Assembly (NCBI GenBank): GCA_050084985.1
Contig: JBITNC010000001.1
Span: 146,010,001-146,074,000 of the forward strand
Length of the DNA stretch: 64,000 bases
From: Nageia nagi
Lineage: Eukaryota > Plantae > Pinophyta
Reading direction: 5' to 3'
Shown here: piece after piece, positions 36,976-50,100 of the stretch
How the letters are laid out: every line of letters begins with the position of its first letter
Position numbering within the stretch: the stretch's first letter is position 1
Position numbers and translations under genes: made by a program
Notes under the pieces: generated by a model
What the model was told of the DNA's origin: nothing
Seen by the model: only the letters and a program-made list of their open reading frames with translations
Databases searched by the model: none

Positions 36976-39900
36976 TCTTCCTCATAATATAATTTTTGTT
37001 AAATAAATTCTTTAATAATATCATAGATAAATTATAAAAATAATATTTTTTATAAAATTCAGTATTAAATGTAATAATATAAAAGTATTAAAAGAGATAA
37101 TATATTTATTTTTTTAAGAAATATTGTAATAACATATAAAATATTTGTAATTTAAAAAAAATTATTTAAAAAAAATATGAAATATAAGTTTACTAATTTA
37201 TTATAAAATCAGAATAATCATTGTTACATTAATAAATTATCCTTAAATAATTATTATATTATTTTACTTTAAAATAGTTTATTACAAAATATAAATTATT
37301 TTTAAGGTATGAAGTATGTTGTATATATCAATTACATGTTATTTTATTTTTATATAATTATTTTGAAGTATTTTTTTCTAAAAAATTAATATTTTATTTT
37401 ATTGTTTGTAATAAAATCATATGTTGTTGATGTTCACATATTTAAAATCCAATGTTTGTGTAATGTAAATTAAATACATAAAAATAAAGTAAATCCCATA
37501 ATACTCATAACCTTTCAATGATTCTTCCACATTTTTTTATAAAATGAAAATAAAATGATAAAATATTTTACAAATAAATACATTATTTTTATTTGAAATT
37601 AATTTATATAACATATAAAATTATCATCAATATGTTGACATTCATAACTTCTATCCATAGTTGATCATATCCTACTATTCAAGTGTGTGTGAGATACTAG
37701 CCAACACACATTGAAATCATACGATATGTGGAGCGATTCTTACAAGAAAATAGGGAAGCCATTTAGAAGGGTATTTTTGGGAAGATATTTTAATTAGGGG
37801 AGAGGACATAGTAGTTGAGCACATTCGAATGGTTGTATGGGTTATTATCATATATTTATTCATTCATAGAACATATTTGGTCTAGTACTTATGTATTAAA
37901 TTATCAACTTCTATACATTTTTATTTTAATAAGTAAATTGTAAGTAATCATTTAAATTTGTTTTAAATATATTATTAATAGGGGAGAGGATTTAGTAGTA
38001 GTGCATTCTAATTTTACTCCTCTTAAAACTCAATTTAATAAAGTCAAATTGTTCTAAATTTTTTATAGCTTCTTCCTTGCATAGTTGTATGCTTATAACA
38101 AAAAGTTTGAGTTATCATAACTAAATTTGATAAGTTAATTAAATATGTGACTTAACATTCTACTATTCGTGCAAGTGTAATTGATGATTGGGGGTTGTAA
38201 TTCACACCCATGGGTATGACTTTAGAAAAGTGCTATTTTGGATAGTTTCTATGATAATACATATTTAACCTATCAAATTTAGTGATGAAAACTCAAAACC
38301 TTAGTTACAAACAAAAAAACTAGGTAAGGAAGAAGCTATAAAAAAATTAAAGCATTATGACTTTATATTAAGTCAAGTTTTAAGAAGCATGAATTTAGGG
38401 TGCACAACTACTGGGTCCTCTCCCCTAGAGGTTAAATTGTTTGCACAAAAAAGATGCTTGAAATAGTAAAATATGATTTTATGAAGTTGACTATGAATAG
38501 AAAGGACCTTATAATAGTTTTTCCAACCAAGGACACACCAACAGAGGTCCTCTACCTCTCTAAACTTTGATGTTGATCATGTTCTTGTAATCATAGATGC
38601 ACTCTTGAGAGCTCTCATTTATTAGTATCCTCTTATTGGAAGACTTAGAAAAGCTTAGAATACAAAGTTTGAGGTAAATTACAATGGAGAGGGAGTAGTC
38701 GAATGCACTGTAATTATAGTCTAAAGGATGTTAGTTATTTTCTCAACCCACTACAATCTCAAAGAAACTATTCTATCAATTTCAAGAAATATGCAAATGT
38801 CATGGTATTCCCCATGTAGTTATTCAAGTAGAAAGATATCAATACAATGCTAGGTTCACTTATTTATTTATTTCTTTATAGTTAAACAATCTTCAAACCT
38901 AAAAAAAGTATTTAGTATTAGTTTCTAATTAGGAAAATATAACCATTCTTAATTGTAAAAATATGCTTGCATTTTATTTTTTAATTATTACAACTTTAAT
39001 AAGTCAAATGACTTCTTGAATATCTTACCATAAACTATATGTATAGGGTTAAAAAAAATGTTGATCTCACTAATCATGGCCTTAAAATAAGTGGGTTCAA
39101 AAAATTCTAAAATTATTAAAACCATCATGTTCGATTTGCTATGATGTATCAAGTTGATTTAATTTAGTGAATTAAGCTAACATGTGTAAATATATTAAAT
39201 AAGATAATAGTAGAGTATAAATGTTTAATTATAGGAGCTTAAAAACAAATTCTAGATACAAGGTAATTAGCTACATTTACCATGTAATAAAATAATTTAT
39301 TTTAAATATATAATCATTATACTTATACAATTGAATTATTTTTTAGATCCCATGTGTTTATAAGGCTATAAACAACATGAACAAGAAGACCTTAATATAA
39401 ATATATACCTTACATCAAATATTTGTTCAAAATAGATAGGATTATGAAATTATTTTAGCATCATGGAAATTATGAATAATGAATTTGTAAATGTAGTTTA
39501 TATTATATATAAATTTTATTATTTTCCTTATAAATCTTGATATTAATTTAAAATGAAAACTTAGTTACAATAATAAAGACTTAACTAATGATCATGCTTT
39601 GATTAACGAGTTTGCACTTTCTTTAAATCTTTTAATTCCTATTGTGGAATTATATATAAATCTAAATATATATGTCATTTGTTCTTAAATAATTATTCAA
39701 GTCCTTTTTTTTCAAACTTCAATAAATATGAACTTGCATATCTTTTACAATCTCCAAAAGAGGATCATGGTGGAGTGTGAGCCTAAGTACGAGAAGAAAA
39801 TGTAGCTAAGTGACATAAAGGAATCATAGATGTAGACCAACATGGACATATGGATGATGCCATTGCTTTTATTGAGGAATAAAGTATGGTAAAATATTCA

Positions 39901-40167
39901 AGACACTAAAAGTATGGAGAAATAGATTCATGATAACAAATCCTACCAATGTTTGTATGTTGTCTCAAAGCAAACTAAGTAAGAGTTTTAGAAAATGTTC
40001 GATCACATGTTGTAGAAGATGAGTTAAACTTATTTATTTATTAATTAAATACATATTAATTGAATGTTTTGATTTTATTATCTCTTTTTTTTAAATATAA
40101 TACTTAAAATTAAAGAACACAACTATTAATCTATGGCATACCCATTGCACAAGGTTGCAATAGCTAG
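36976..40167 (+). mobile_element. Putative non-autonomous Helitron inserted in the middle copy of the 2.4-kb array
   Basis: AT-rich insert absent from the other two copies; begins A|TC (36975/36976) and ends with a degenerate GC hairpin followed by CTAG|T (40164-40168); no TSD. Confidence 0.5.
37981..38425. mobile_element. MITE/foldback element with ~190-bp imperfect TIRs (GGGGAGAGGA...TCCTCTCCCC) flanked by TA
   Basis: 37981-38170 is the reverse complement of about 38257-38425 (ttttttatagcttcttcctt / aaggaagaagctataaaaaa; ctaaatttgata / tatcaaatttag). Related termini also occur at 37797 and, degenerate, near 38545-38556. Confidence 0.85.
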
Positions 40168-43100
40168 TTGCTTTTATTTCAATAGTGATGGACATTCTTG
40201 TAAAATAGAAATTGATGTTTCTTTAATTAATATAAAACATTTTTTTCTCACATAAATATTAGAGAATTATTCCTTGAATAAATATACATAGGTAAAGAGA
40301 CATATTTTGAAGACCAACAAAATGAGATAGTTCAAGAATCTCTTCTTGAAGAGAAGGATAGAAAAAGAGTATTGGGTGGAAGATTTTGAGACTTTCATAA
40401 AAGGGAGTGATTATTAACTTATACTTATGGATAAGAGATAAGAATATAAATTCCTCATAAAAAATGCCTATGATTAATATCTCATGAAGGAGGCATATGA
40501 AGAAGAGTGTTCAATGAAGTCACTTATTCAATATTTGCCAAAATCATGAGGCATAAAAGGTATGGTATTTTCCAAAATACCATATTATCAAAAGTTAATA
40601 TAACTTAAATAATGGCAACATTTTTCACAACATACTATATACCAAAAAAACAAGATGTAAGTTGAGATACTTCTTTCCATATCATCAACAAATTGTAACA
40701 TTCAAACAATAAAGTATTCGAAGTATCAAAACTATTAATATAATAATATATGTCTATACCATGTTTCATATGAGCTTATATTTTAAGACTCACATTAGGT
40801 CAAGGTTTCCAACAAGTTATGATATCTAAATTGGTATGCTAAATAAAAATTACCTAACTAGGCTTATTGGAAATCTTACTATATGATTAAACTAGCTAGT
40901 AAATAACTCAAGGCCTACATTAGAGTTACAAAATGCTATTAATTTAAATCTATATTCGAGTGATTAAAGCATGCTAAATACAACATTTGCATACTAACAT
41001 AGGAATAAATCCCTTTAAAAATATACTAATTTTATATTAGGTAAATAGGGTTTATAACTTCAAACCAACTATCATTTACCTCCAAATCACTAAGATTAAA
41101 ATAAATTTCTAGGAGTATCATATGAGTAGCTCCTAGCATGGTGCAAGAAAAAAAAATGAGATTTTACCAACCTATGAAATCATAGATAAAATATTCTGTG
41201 AGGTAAAGGAAGCCAAGTGCTATAAATATTTGGTTCCTCTATAATTACATATGTGAAAGGGAACCTCCTTAGTGAGCCCCCACATCTATGGAAGGACCCT
41301 ACATTAGCAAGGAGCAACTTGTATTCAAGATAGACTATGCAATCAGAGAAGACCATAGATCTATAACTGATTATGCTATGATAATAGGTTACACCAAAAT
41401 AAGAAGTTCAACTATTGTATCAACATATATTTCACTAAAGGAGACATATTTCATTCAAACATCATTCCCAAATAGGTCAATAATAGAGGAGGTAGGCTAA
41501 AAGATTGAGGTTGCCATAAGCATGCAAAATTGGGAAAGAGGATGTGAAGATGTATAAGATAACATATAATCATTTTATAAATATATTCCCCATCAATATG
41601 TAGTCAAAATTATGTAGGAAAATCTATATACTTGAAGTAAACAAAAACTTACATTGTATATTGCACCCTCCCTAGCCACATTCATGAAGAGGTAAATGAT
41701 AAAGTGTTACTTCTACAAAAGTATATCATGTATTTTTAAAGTTTACATTAAGGTATATTTTCTATGGGAAACATGTAATCTCATAGGAGAATAAGTGATT
41801 CAACATATGTAAGGAAAGAAGTATCATCTATCATAGGAAAGATGATCAAGTATTGCATTGAAGATACTAGACAAATGTACAAATTATTTGTTGATTCATT
41901 TCCTTATATATGACCAAATACTAGTAAAGATATGATTTATGCATGTACAAAATATAATTGGTTTAGAGAAATGTATTTAGTCTTTTCTTGGTGAAATACT
42001 GAAATCTTTCTCAATGTGAAAGAAAGCATTATTCCCATGATACCTTGGTTCTCCAAAGAAAAATATGCAATTTGATAACTACTGAGGTGTTTGGAAAGGA
42101 GTGAATGTTGATCATTGGTTTCAATTAAAGGCACCAAATATGATATAAAAATGAGAGGTGCTTCCCTTAAAGATGATTTGGAGAAGGATAACTAACAACC
42201 ACATAGAACATTGATGCACAAAGCTATTATACAAAGACATCAATGAAAGAGGTTTAGAATACATTCATAAGAAAATTATATCAAATAAAGATGAATAAAA
42301 ATACAACCTAAAATGCATATTATATCTTTCTCTAATGAAACTTCACTAGAGGATTGCAAAAACTTCATTCAACTGACTGTTGAGAAGATTGTTGCCTACC
42401 TTTAGAGGTAATTAGTGAAGGAGATGATTCACAAAGTTACAACACCATCTAGTTGGACAAATTTATTTTTGAGATAAATATAAAAATAGTATTGTTATTA
42501 TTATAGAGAAAGAATCCAATAAAAGGTGAAGAATGCAAAAGTAATTTTTAATTACTTTTACTTCAGCAATAATGGACAATCTTGGAAGAATAAAAATTAA
42601 TTTTTCTTCACTTCATATAATACATTTGTTTCTTTGCTTAGATATGGATGAATTATTCCTTGAAGAGGAAGACATAGATAAAGAGACATATTTTGAACAC
42701 CACCAAAATGAGATAGTTGAATAATCTCTTTTAGAAGAGAAGGATTAAAAAGAGGGTTGTGTGGAAGATTGTGAGTCTCTCATAAAAGAGAGTGATGATG
42801 AACTTCTTCTTATGTATAAGAGAGATGAAGATGATAAGTGCCTCATGAAAAAGGAATGTGATGAATGTATCATTAAGGAGACATATGAAGAAGAGTGTTC
42901 AATGAAGACACTAATTTAATATATGCTAAAATCATGTGGCATCAAATTTCTCAAAATACCATAGTTCCAAAAGTTAATATAACTTAAATCATGGAAACAT
43001 TTGGCATGACATACTATTTTCCAAAATACCAAGATGTATGTTGAGATACTTATTCTCATAACATCAATAAATAATAACATTCTAACAACAAAATGTCCAA

Positions 43101-46100
43101 AGTATCAAAACTATAAATATGATAATATATTTTTCTACCATATTTTCTATGAAAATATATTTTAATACTTAAATTAGGTCAAGGTTTCCAATAAGCTACA
43201 ATCTTTAAAGTGGTAAGCTAAATAAAATTTACCTAACTAAGCTTATTGGAAAACTTATTATGTGATTAAACCTGCTATTAGATAACTTGGGGGCTACACT
43301 AGAGGTACAAAATGCTATTTATTTAAATCTATATTTGAGGGATTAAAGTGTGCTAAATACTTAAAATTTACATACCAACATATGAATAAATCCCTTCAAC
43401 ATAATAATAATTTTATATTATGCAAATAGGATTTATAACATCAAACCAACTATCATTTACCTCCAAACCGCTAAGATTAAAATAAATGTTTAGACTAGAA
43501 GGCACTAACCAACAATTCAAAGTTCCTATTATGAAAAAAAGTTTATCTCATACATATTTCCTTACCTTAGAAATAGTCTCCTCAATAGTAAAGCATTTCC
43601 TTATTTCTAATCAAATATATTAATTACCATTTTTATATTGAAACTCATATAGTCCCAAAATTCTACTATTCAAAACTCTTTGAATTTTTAAACCCCTATT
43701 GAATAATTAGAATTACTAAAATTTTGATAGTAAGTAAAATGTTAAATATTTAGATTTTATCTATACTCAAGTTCTAAAAATATTTAAATATTATTAAGAT
43801 ACCAAGAATAAAGTAATAAATAAAAAGAAAAGAAAAGAAATTATATTAATGTCCATAAATAACCAAAAGAGGTGAATGGGACTAGTGAATACAATCATGT
43901 GTGAGATACCAATATGACCTCTAGTGGCTCTAATCTAAGAAAGTAAAAAAGCAAATAGTGTAAGCATTAAAATAGAACAAGAATAATCTAACCCTAAAAA
44001 TGGGAGATATATACAAAGAGATGGTCAATATAGGGCCATCATAGATGATAATTTTACTATAGAAAGATCTCACTTATCTTTGCAGAGCCAGCCTACATCC
44101 TTGTTGGTAGAGAGTTTTTATCAGATAAATATGTACAATAAGCATATTACCATTCTAAAGTAATATTAAAATCTAGGTTCTTTACAAGGGAAAAACCTAT
44201 CTTCAAAGCGCCCACATCATATAATGTAGGTATTGTATTTGGTTCAGACCTCCCACCTCCATGGCATCCAACTTGCATAAGGAGCTTCTAAACTACCCTT
44301 GCCTCTATACCAAAAATTATGTTGATCCTCCAATAAAATAATTCACCTACAAAAAGCATTCCTTAATAATTTTCCTAAATGGCTACTAGAGTACCCATAA
44401 TAGTGAAACCACTTAAGACTATAACTCATTGAGGTATTTAGTCATATGATTTATAACTCCTTTAGTATACCTTTTTGACTATTAGTTCTAATGAAATATA
44501 GTAGTATATTAAAATGAATTCAATGAGCAATCATTAAAATTAACCCTGAAGTCATACAATGTATTCATTTAGGTCTTAAAATGCATTCAGTGCAGTTTCA
44601 TATTCTTTCAGCATAATCCATATATGCATATCCCATGAACCTTGTAGATCATCTAACTAAATACTATCAATGTATCCCAGGGAATAACTCATAGGTCCCA
44701 CATATATCATTTGGGTATTCCTAATGATCATTCCCCGTTATGAGACTATATCTATAAGAGGCTTTTTATAAAATAGACCATACCTCTCTCCAACATATCT
44801 ACTTTTGCATAACTTATGGTTATTATAGTCCCTAATACTACAACCAAAAAAGGTATTTTATGAGGTTAACTTGAGCTAATTAAACATGTCTAAACTTATA
44901 TGGTAATAGTATTATAGGAGGTTGCATCTTGATGATACATTTTGAGAAATAAATACATCCCATAATAAAGCAACCTTATCATAAAATGTAATTACTTTAG
45001 TTCTTGATGCTCATGGACCCTTCCAATGTAATTCATTTGGGTATAAGCTACAAATATTCATTCCATAAAACTATGTTTGTAGGTACATATAATCATACAA
45101 CACATAGACTCTTTCAAAATAGTCACTTAGTGATAGATGAGGCTTCTTCATATCTCCCTCATGGAGTTCTTTGTCTCCCCTAAAACAAATTGAATCTCTA
45201 TTATCTCCAATGTACGCATTACTTTTCCCTAGGATAATGGTTATCTCCATCACACCCACCTTGGATCCCCTTTCTAATATACTTTCACTCCTCTCCATTA
45301 AGGGTCATGCCTCATTAAATAACTTTAATAAAGAAAAAGAATCATTGCTCCACTACTGTAGTAGTTGAGATAGTAATAGCAAGAAAACGTTTTCCTAAAC
45401 TTGCTCTTTCATTTAGTGTTTATAAATGCTAGATAATTTTTTCAATAAGTAATTAATGAAGGTTAGGAGGATTACAAGGAGTAAATCAATTTTAAATATC
45501 ATTTTCCCAATCTTCTACTCAAACCTTAATTACCAACATTCATTGCTTATAATCAACCTATAATCTAAATAAGATTATTGACATTAATAACATTTGAATT
45601 ATAAACAGTTTAAAAATTAGTTTCCAATAAATTTATTTAAGAGGTATTTAATAGTAATATTTAAAGATCAATTTAAATATTATTATCCAAAATTAAATTC
45701 TCTAAACTAAAATCCTATGATAAATAAATATTAGATTACTTTTTGAGCATAATCACTAAAATAGCTAAAGTATTTCATTTAGAAAATAATTTATATCTAG
45801 TTATTGTATCATGCATCGAAATGCAATTAGGGCCTCCAAGTCTTGAATCTCAAATGAAAATAACATAATCATATTAGCAATCAAAATCTACATATTAAAT
45901 CTTAATAGTGAAGGAGTACATATAAAGAGAATAATATGAATACTAAATTTTCACTAAATCTTGCAAACTCTAGGAGTTCAACATGTGCTCCAATGTTGGC
46001 CCATGATAATTTATCATCCCAAGGCACTCCTATAAATAATGAAAATTATGAGGCTAAATATTAATTATGAAACTATTTTATAGTTTTTCTTACCTCACAT

Positions 46101-47020
46101 TTATTTTTATTTGGAGGGTGGGGTATTTTAATTCATTTAATAATTCTTAGCATTTACCTAAACTTTTTGAAATAGTTCTCATGAGTAGGATTCAACTCAT
46201 CAAGTACCAATTATTCTAGGTAAAATAATAACTTTTCTTATCTAAGGTGATATTTATTAACTTTCATATATTGGCTATAAACTATAATAATTTTATATAA
46301 CATATTATTTTTCTAATATAGAAAATAAATTTTTCATACTAGGTAAGTGCATATTTTCAACGTAACATAGGTATCTAAGTATATTATTTAACTATTATCT
46401 TTATTAATACATAATACAAGACTTTTCAAATAGATATAAAAATTCATTTGACCTTGGAGAGAGATTTTTCTAATTAAAACACTATTGCAAATACACTCAT
46501 CACATAGGTCATTGATTAAATCATGCAATATGATTAATGAAACTATATAATTTACTTGTTCCCTTATGGGTTATCAATGATTTAGTGACCAATCATCTCC
46601 TTTTTCCTACTTTCCTTCCTAGTAACCAACTCATACTTAGTGCACTTGTCACATCAAGTGCAAATAGGACTATGTCTATTACCACATCAAGCCCAAATAG
46701 GATGGGTTCATTACAACTACAACATATACCCTTATCAAATGATAATGCTTAAGAGTCCATGTCTAATGATAAGGGTAATACAACCCTATTGAATGATAAG
46801 TTTATAGTACTCCTATAAAATGATAAAGGAATGGATCCTTTATTAAATTATAATGGTATGGAACCCGTATCAAATAATAAGGATTATGTTGAAAACCATT
46901 TTTAAAGGCTCAAATACCCATTTTGATAGCCAAGGCTCAAACATCCTAGTCAACCACCAAGGTTTAAGACTATAATTCATTTCAAAAATACTTATACATG
47001 CAAGAATGAAACTTTGAATT

Positions 47021-47195
47021 ATATTCTCACTTTAAAAATATATTATTTTCTTCAAATTAACCGTTCATATCACTTATTAACACAAGTAGATTCTTGATAT
47101 TCAAAAATATTCTCACTTTAAAAATGTGTTATTATCTTCAAATTATCCATTCATATCACTTCTTGACACAAGTAGATTCTTCATATTCAAAAATA
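47021..47195. repeat. 86-bp tandem duplication
   Basis: atattctcacttt...acacaagtagattctt(g/c)atattcaaaaata occurs twice, at 47021 and 47107. Confidence 0.9.
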
Positions 47196-50100
47196 CTATA
47201 GAAGCTATAATTTCCATTATGTTTATAATTTAAAATCTCCTCATGATGTTGTAACATATTTTACAAACTTGTTAAACTAGTTAATTAATTTTTGTAATGA
47301 AATATAGTATTAAATTTATTTTAAGGTATTTAAACTAAAATATACTTATAAAAATATTGAAATATAGTATATTTTACTTTATCCAATCACACTCACATGA
47401 AATTAATTATGATATCATATCATTTATTGTTACTAGATAAATAAATATGTTATTGTATTATATCCTATTATTGAAACTTTTATACATAAGTGTAAATGTT
47501 TGAATAATATTTTAACCTAAATTTATTTACTTTAAGATATTCCACACATCAATAATTTTTTTATAATGCAATATGCAATAGGATCTTATCAATTACTAAC
47601 CTTAACATTATAAAGAGTTTACAGATATTTGAGATTTCAATTTCTATAATGATCTTGATTGACGAAAATGAATATATCTTATATTTACTTAATTTTAAAA
47701 TTTTAACTCTTGAAATTTTACTATCATTATAATTTTTCAAACATCATAATTTCAACCTTAAAATATGTATATAGCTTCTAAATATGTTGATCCTTAAATT
47801 GCCATCTTTGAGTACCTTAAACTTATTACTTCATTTTCTTTATTCAATGAATCTGATTTATGGATCAAGGACCAAATGCCACTCTAATGTAATGCTTAGA
47901 TATGATCTAGGATTAATTAAATTTAATGAAATAAAAGTTTAATATTTAAATAGTAGGTTGGGGTATATGAACTTCTTTGATAATGAGAGACTATATAATT
48001 TTTAATAAAATAAATACTAGTTAGTATATTATATATAATGTATTAGATAGTATATATTATATACAATAAAATAAGTAGAATATATGTGTAATTTTTTATT
48101 AATTTAATTTCACTTATATTTTTAATAATAACTTCAAGGCATGTAGTACCTTTTACGTTTCATTTAATAGACTATTTATGGTTTAATTTTATCATATCAT
48201 ACAAGAAAACTTATTTAAGAGTGGTAAATATATGTCTCCCTAGTATGTAATAATTAATCAAGATAACAAGAGGTTAGGATTGTCAAATACATATAACTCA
48301 TTCATGTAGATCTCATACTTCTAAATGGCACATTGGTTAAGAGAAAATGATTATCAATTTTGTGATAATAATTGAAAACTCTTTTTTTAATAAAATGTTT
48401 TTAAGAATATTAAGATAAGATGATATTTATTGTATCACATTTTCTTGTTCATAACAATGTGTGCTCTTACAAGATACAAAATAATTTAATTTTCTTAAAA
48501 TTTATGGTTTTATAGTTTTTTGTAATTCTAACACCTATTCTTGTTAACATTTTACCTATTATTGATATCACAAAATCAAAAAAAAAATAGAACTTTTTTT
48601 TATTAGTTTAAACACTTGATTGATCTAAGAATGGACCAAGTGATCCATATGAGCATATCGATGCTACTAACTAGTCAGTAATCACATGGCAAGATTGGCC
48701 AAATCTGGGTTAGCCACTCCTAAAAAATTCCTTCTAGTGTTCACCCCATAATGCTCATCTCATTAGGAGATACCTCATAAGTTATCCCACCATTTCTGCT
48801 CATAAACTATGCAACAAATATTTTGGTCAAGGTGTAGTGGTTTCCTACTTGGGGCTCATATCTCATATCACCTAAGAGAATGTACATTCACTAGGTTAAG
48901 TATCCTATTTTGATGATAATCCTTCAACTTATAGGATTAGATAGTTTTTTCATATAAAAACTTCCTTATGAGTAGGTAAACATCATCACCTATGGAATAA
49001 TCATCATACTCCTATACACTAAACTGCAAGTAGTATGACTACTAAATTACCCTCATCTGCTAATTATAGTTTTATCAACTACTATCCTCATATAATATCC
49101 TGTCAAGGATATATGAGACACTAGCCTACCCATATATATCATCTAGGCTCACCATGGGGTTCTACATCCTTGTGCCCATATCTTGGGTAGCCATGGGTAT
49201 TGGAGCAATACCCTCACATGGTTTTTATAGTCTAGTAAGTTTTAAGCAAGGTTATAAAATAAATCCACCCAATGTACTATCAATCCTAGAAATAATTGAT
49301 CCTAGATCAATTATTATAGTTGTTAGGTTTTATGCTTGCACCAAGAATTAGATGTTACCTTAGTTTAATTTCATGATAAACAAATCAATGTTTACATTTT
49401 TAAACTAATAAGTAATAACTGAATAATGTATGTAAGAAGTTTCAACCCAAACTTGTTCAAGAAGTCATTGAGAATATTTGAGAGTACTACACTTGTCTCA
49501 TATACATGGTGTTTGTGTATAGAGTACTAATTTATAAGAATTTTACATGCTATAATTTAGTAATGTTATATATCATTTTCCTTATTATTGAGACAATCCA
49601 TAAGTTCCCTTCTTGTAGATATAATTCAATTTCATGAATTCTACTCTATCCTTCTAGGGCTTATCACCTAACATAGATCCTCTCTAAATTTCCATACCAA
49701 GTATCATTACTCAAGATGGTTATTCATTTCATGAGACTATAAATATCTTCAACTTCATTGTTATTTTTTCTTCTCATTAGGAACTCTTATTTGTTTTCTC
49801 ACTTCAATCTAATTTTTTATATTAATTACTATGTCTTATGAACTCACATTTATCATAGGTTAATCCAAATTTATTTAGTTATATTAAGTGATACATTTAG
49901 AAGTATCTAGGGTTAATGGTATCTATTCATAATGCTTGATTTAGTAGTATTCCATACTTAAATAGGAAGCGTAGTGTTACCAAATAATTCTATTTCTAAT
50001 AGGGATCCTTTATTTTTACATAATATGAGTAATGCCTTACAATCTTAGCTTATGAATAACTTGGGATAATAGTATTATCCTTGAAATAAGTTCATAATTA

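Larger units (their letters stand above)
33950..43490. repeat. Three head-to-tail copies of a ~2.37-kb unit (about 33950-36320; 36321-36975 plus 40168-41118; 41119-43490), probably retroelement-internal in origin
   Basis: gagtagctc(c/a)tag, aatcatagataaaata, caagatgta(a/t)gttgagatactt, ttaggtcaaggtttccaa and aaaccaactatcatttacctccaaa each recur in register. A degenerate PBS (tagtatcaaacc) lies near 33807, just upstream. Confidence 0.9.

Noticed and set aside
43500-46960. Possible further LTR element (Ogre/Tat-like protease trace, short repeats)
   Set aside because: No paired LTRs, TSD or clear domain could be established.
49154-49351. Similar short ORFs at 49154 and 61508 suggesting a conserved peptide
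   Set aside because: They are corresponding positions in the two LTRs of one element, so the similarity is expected.
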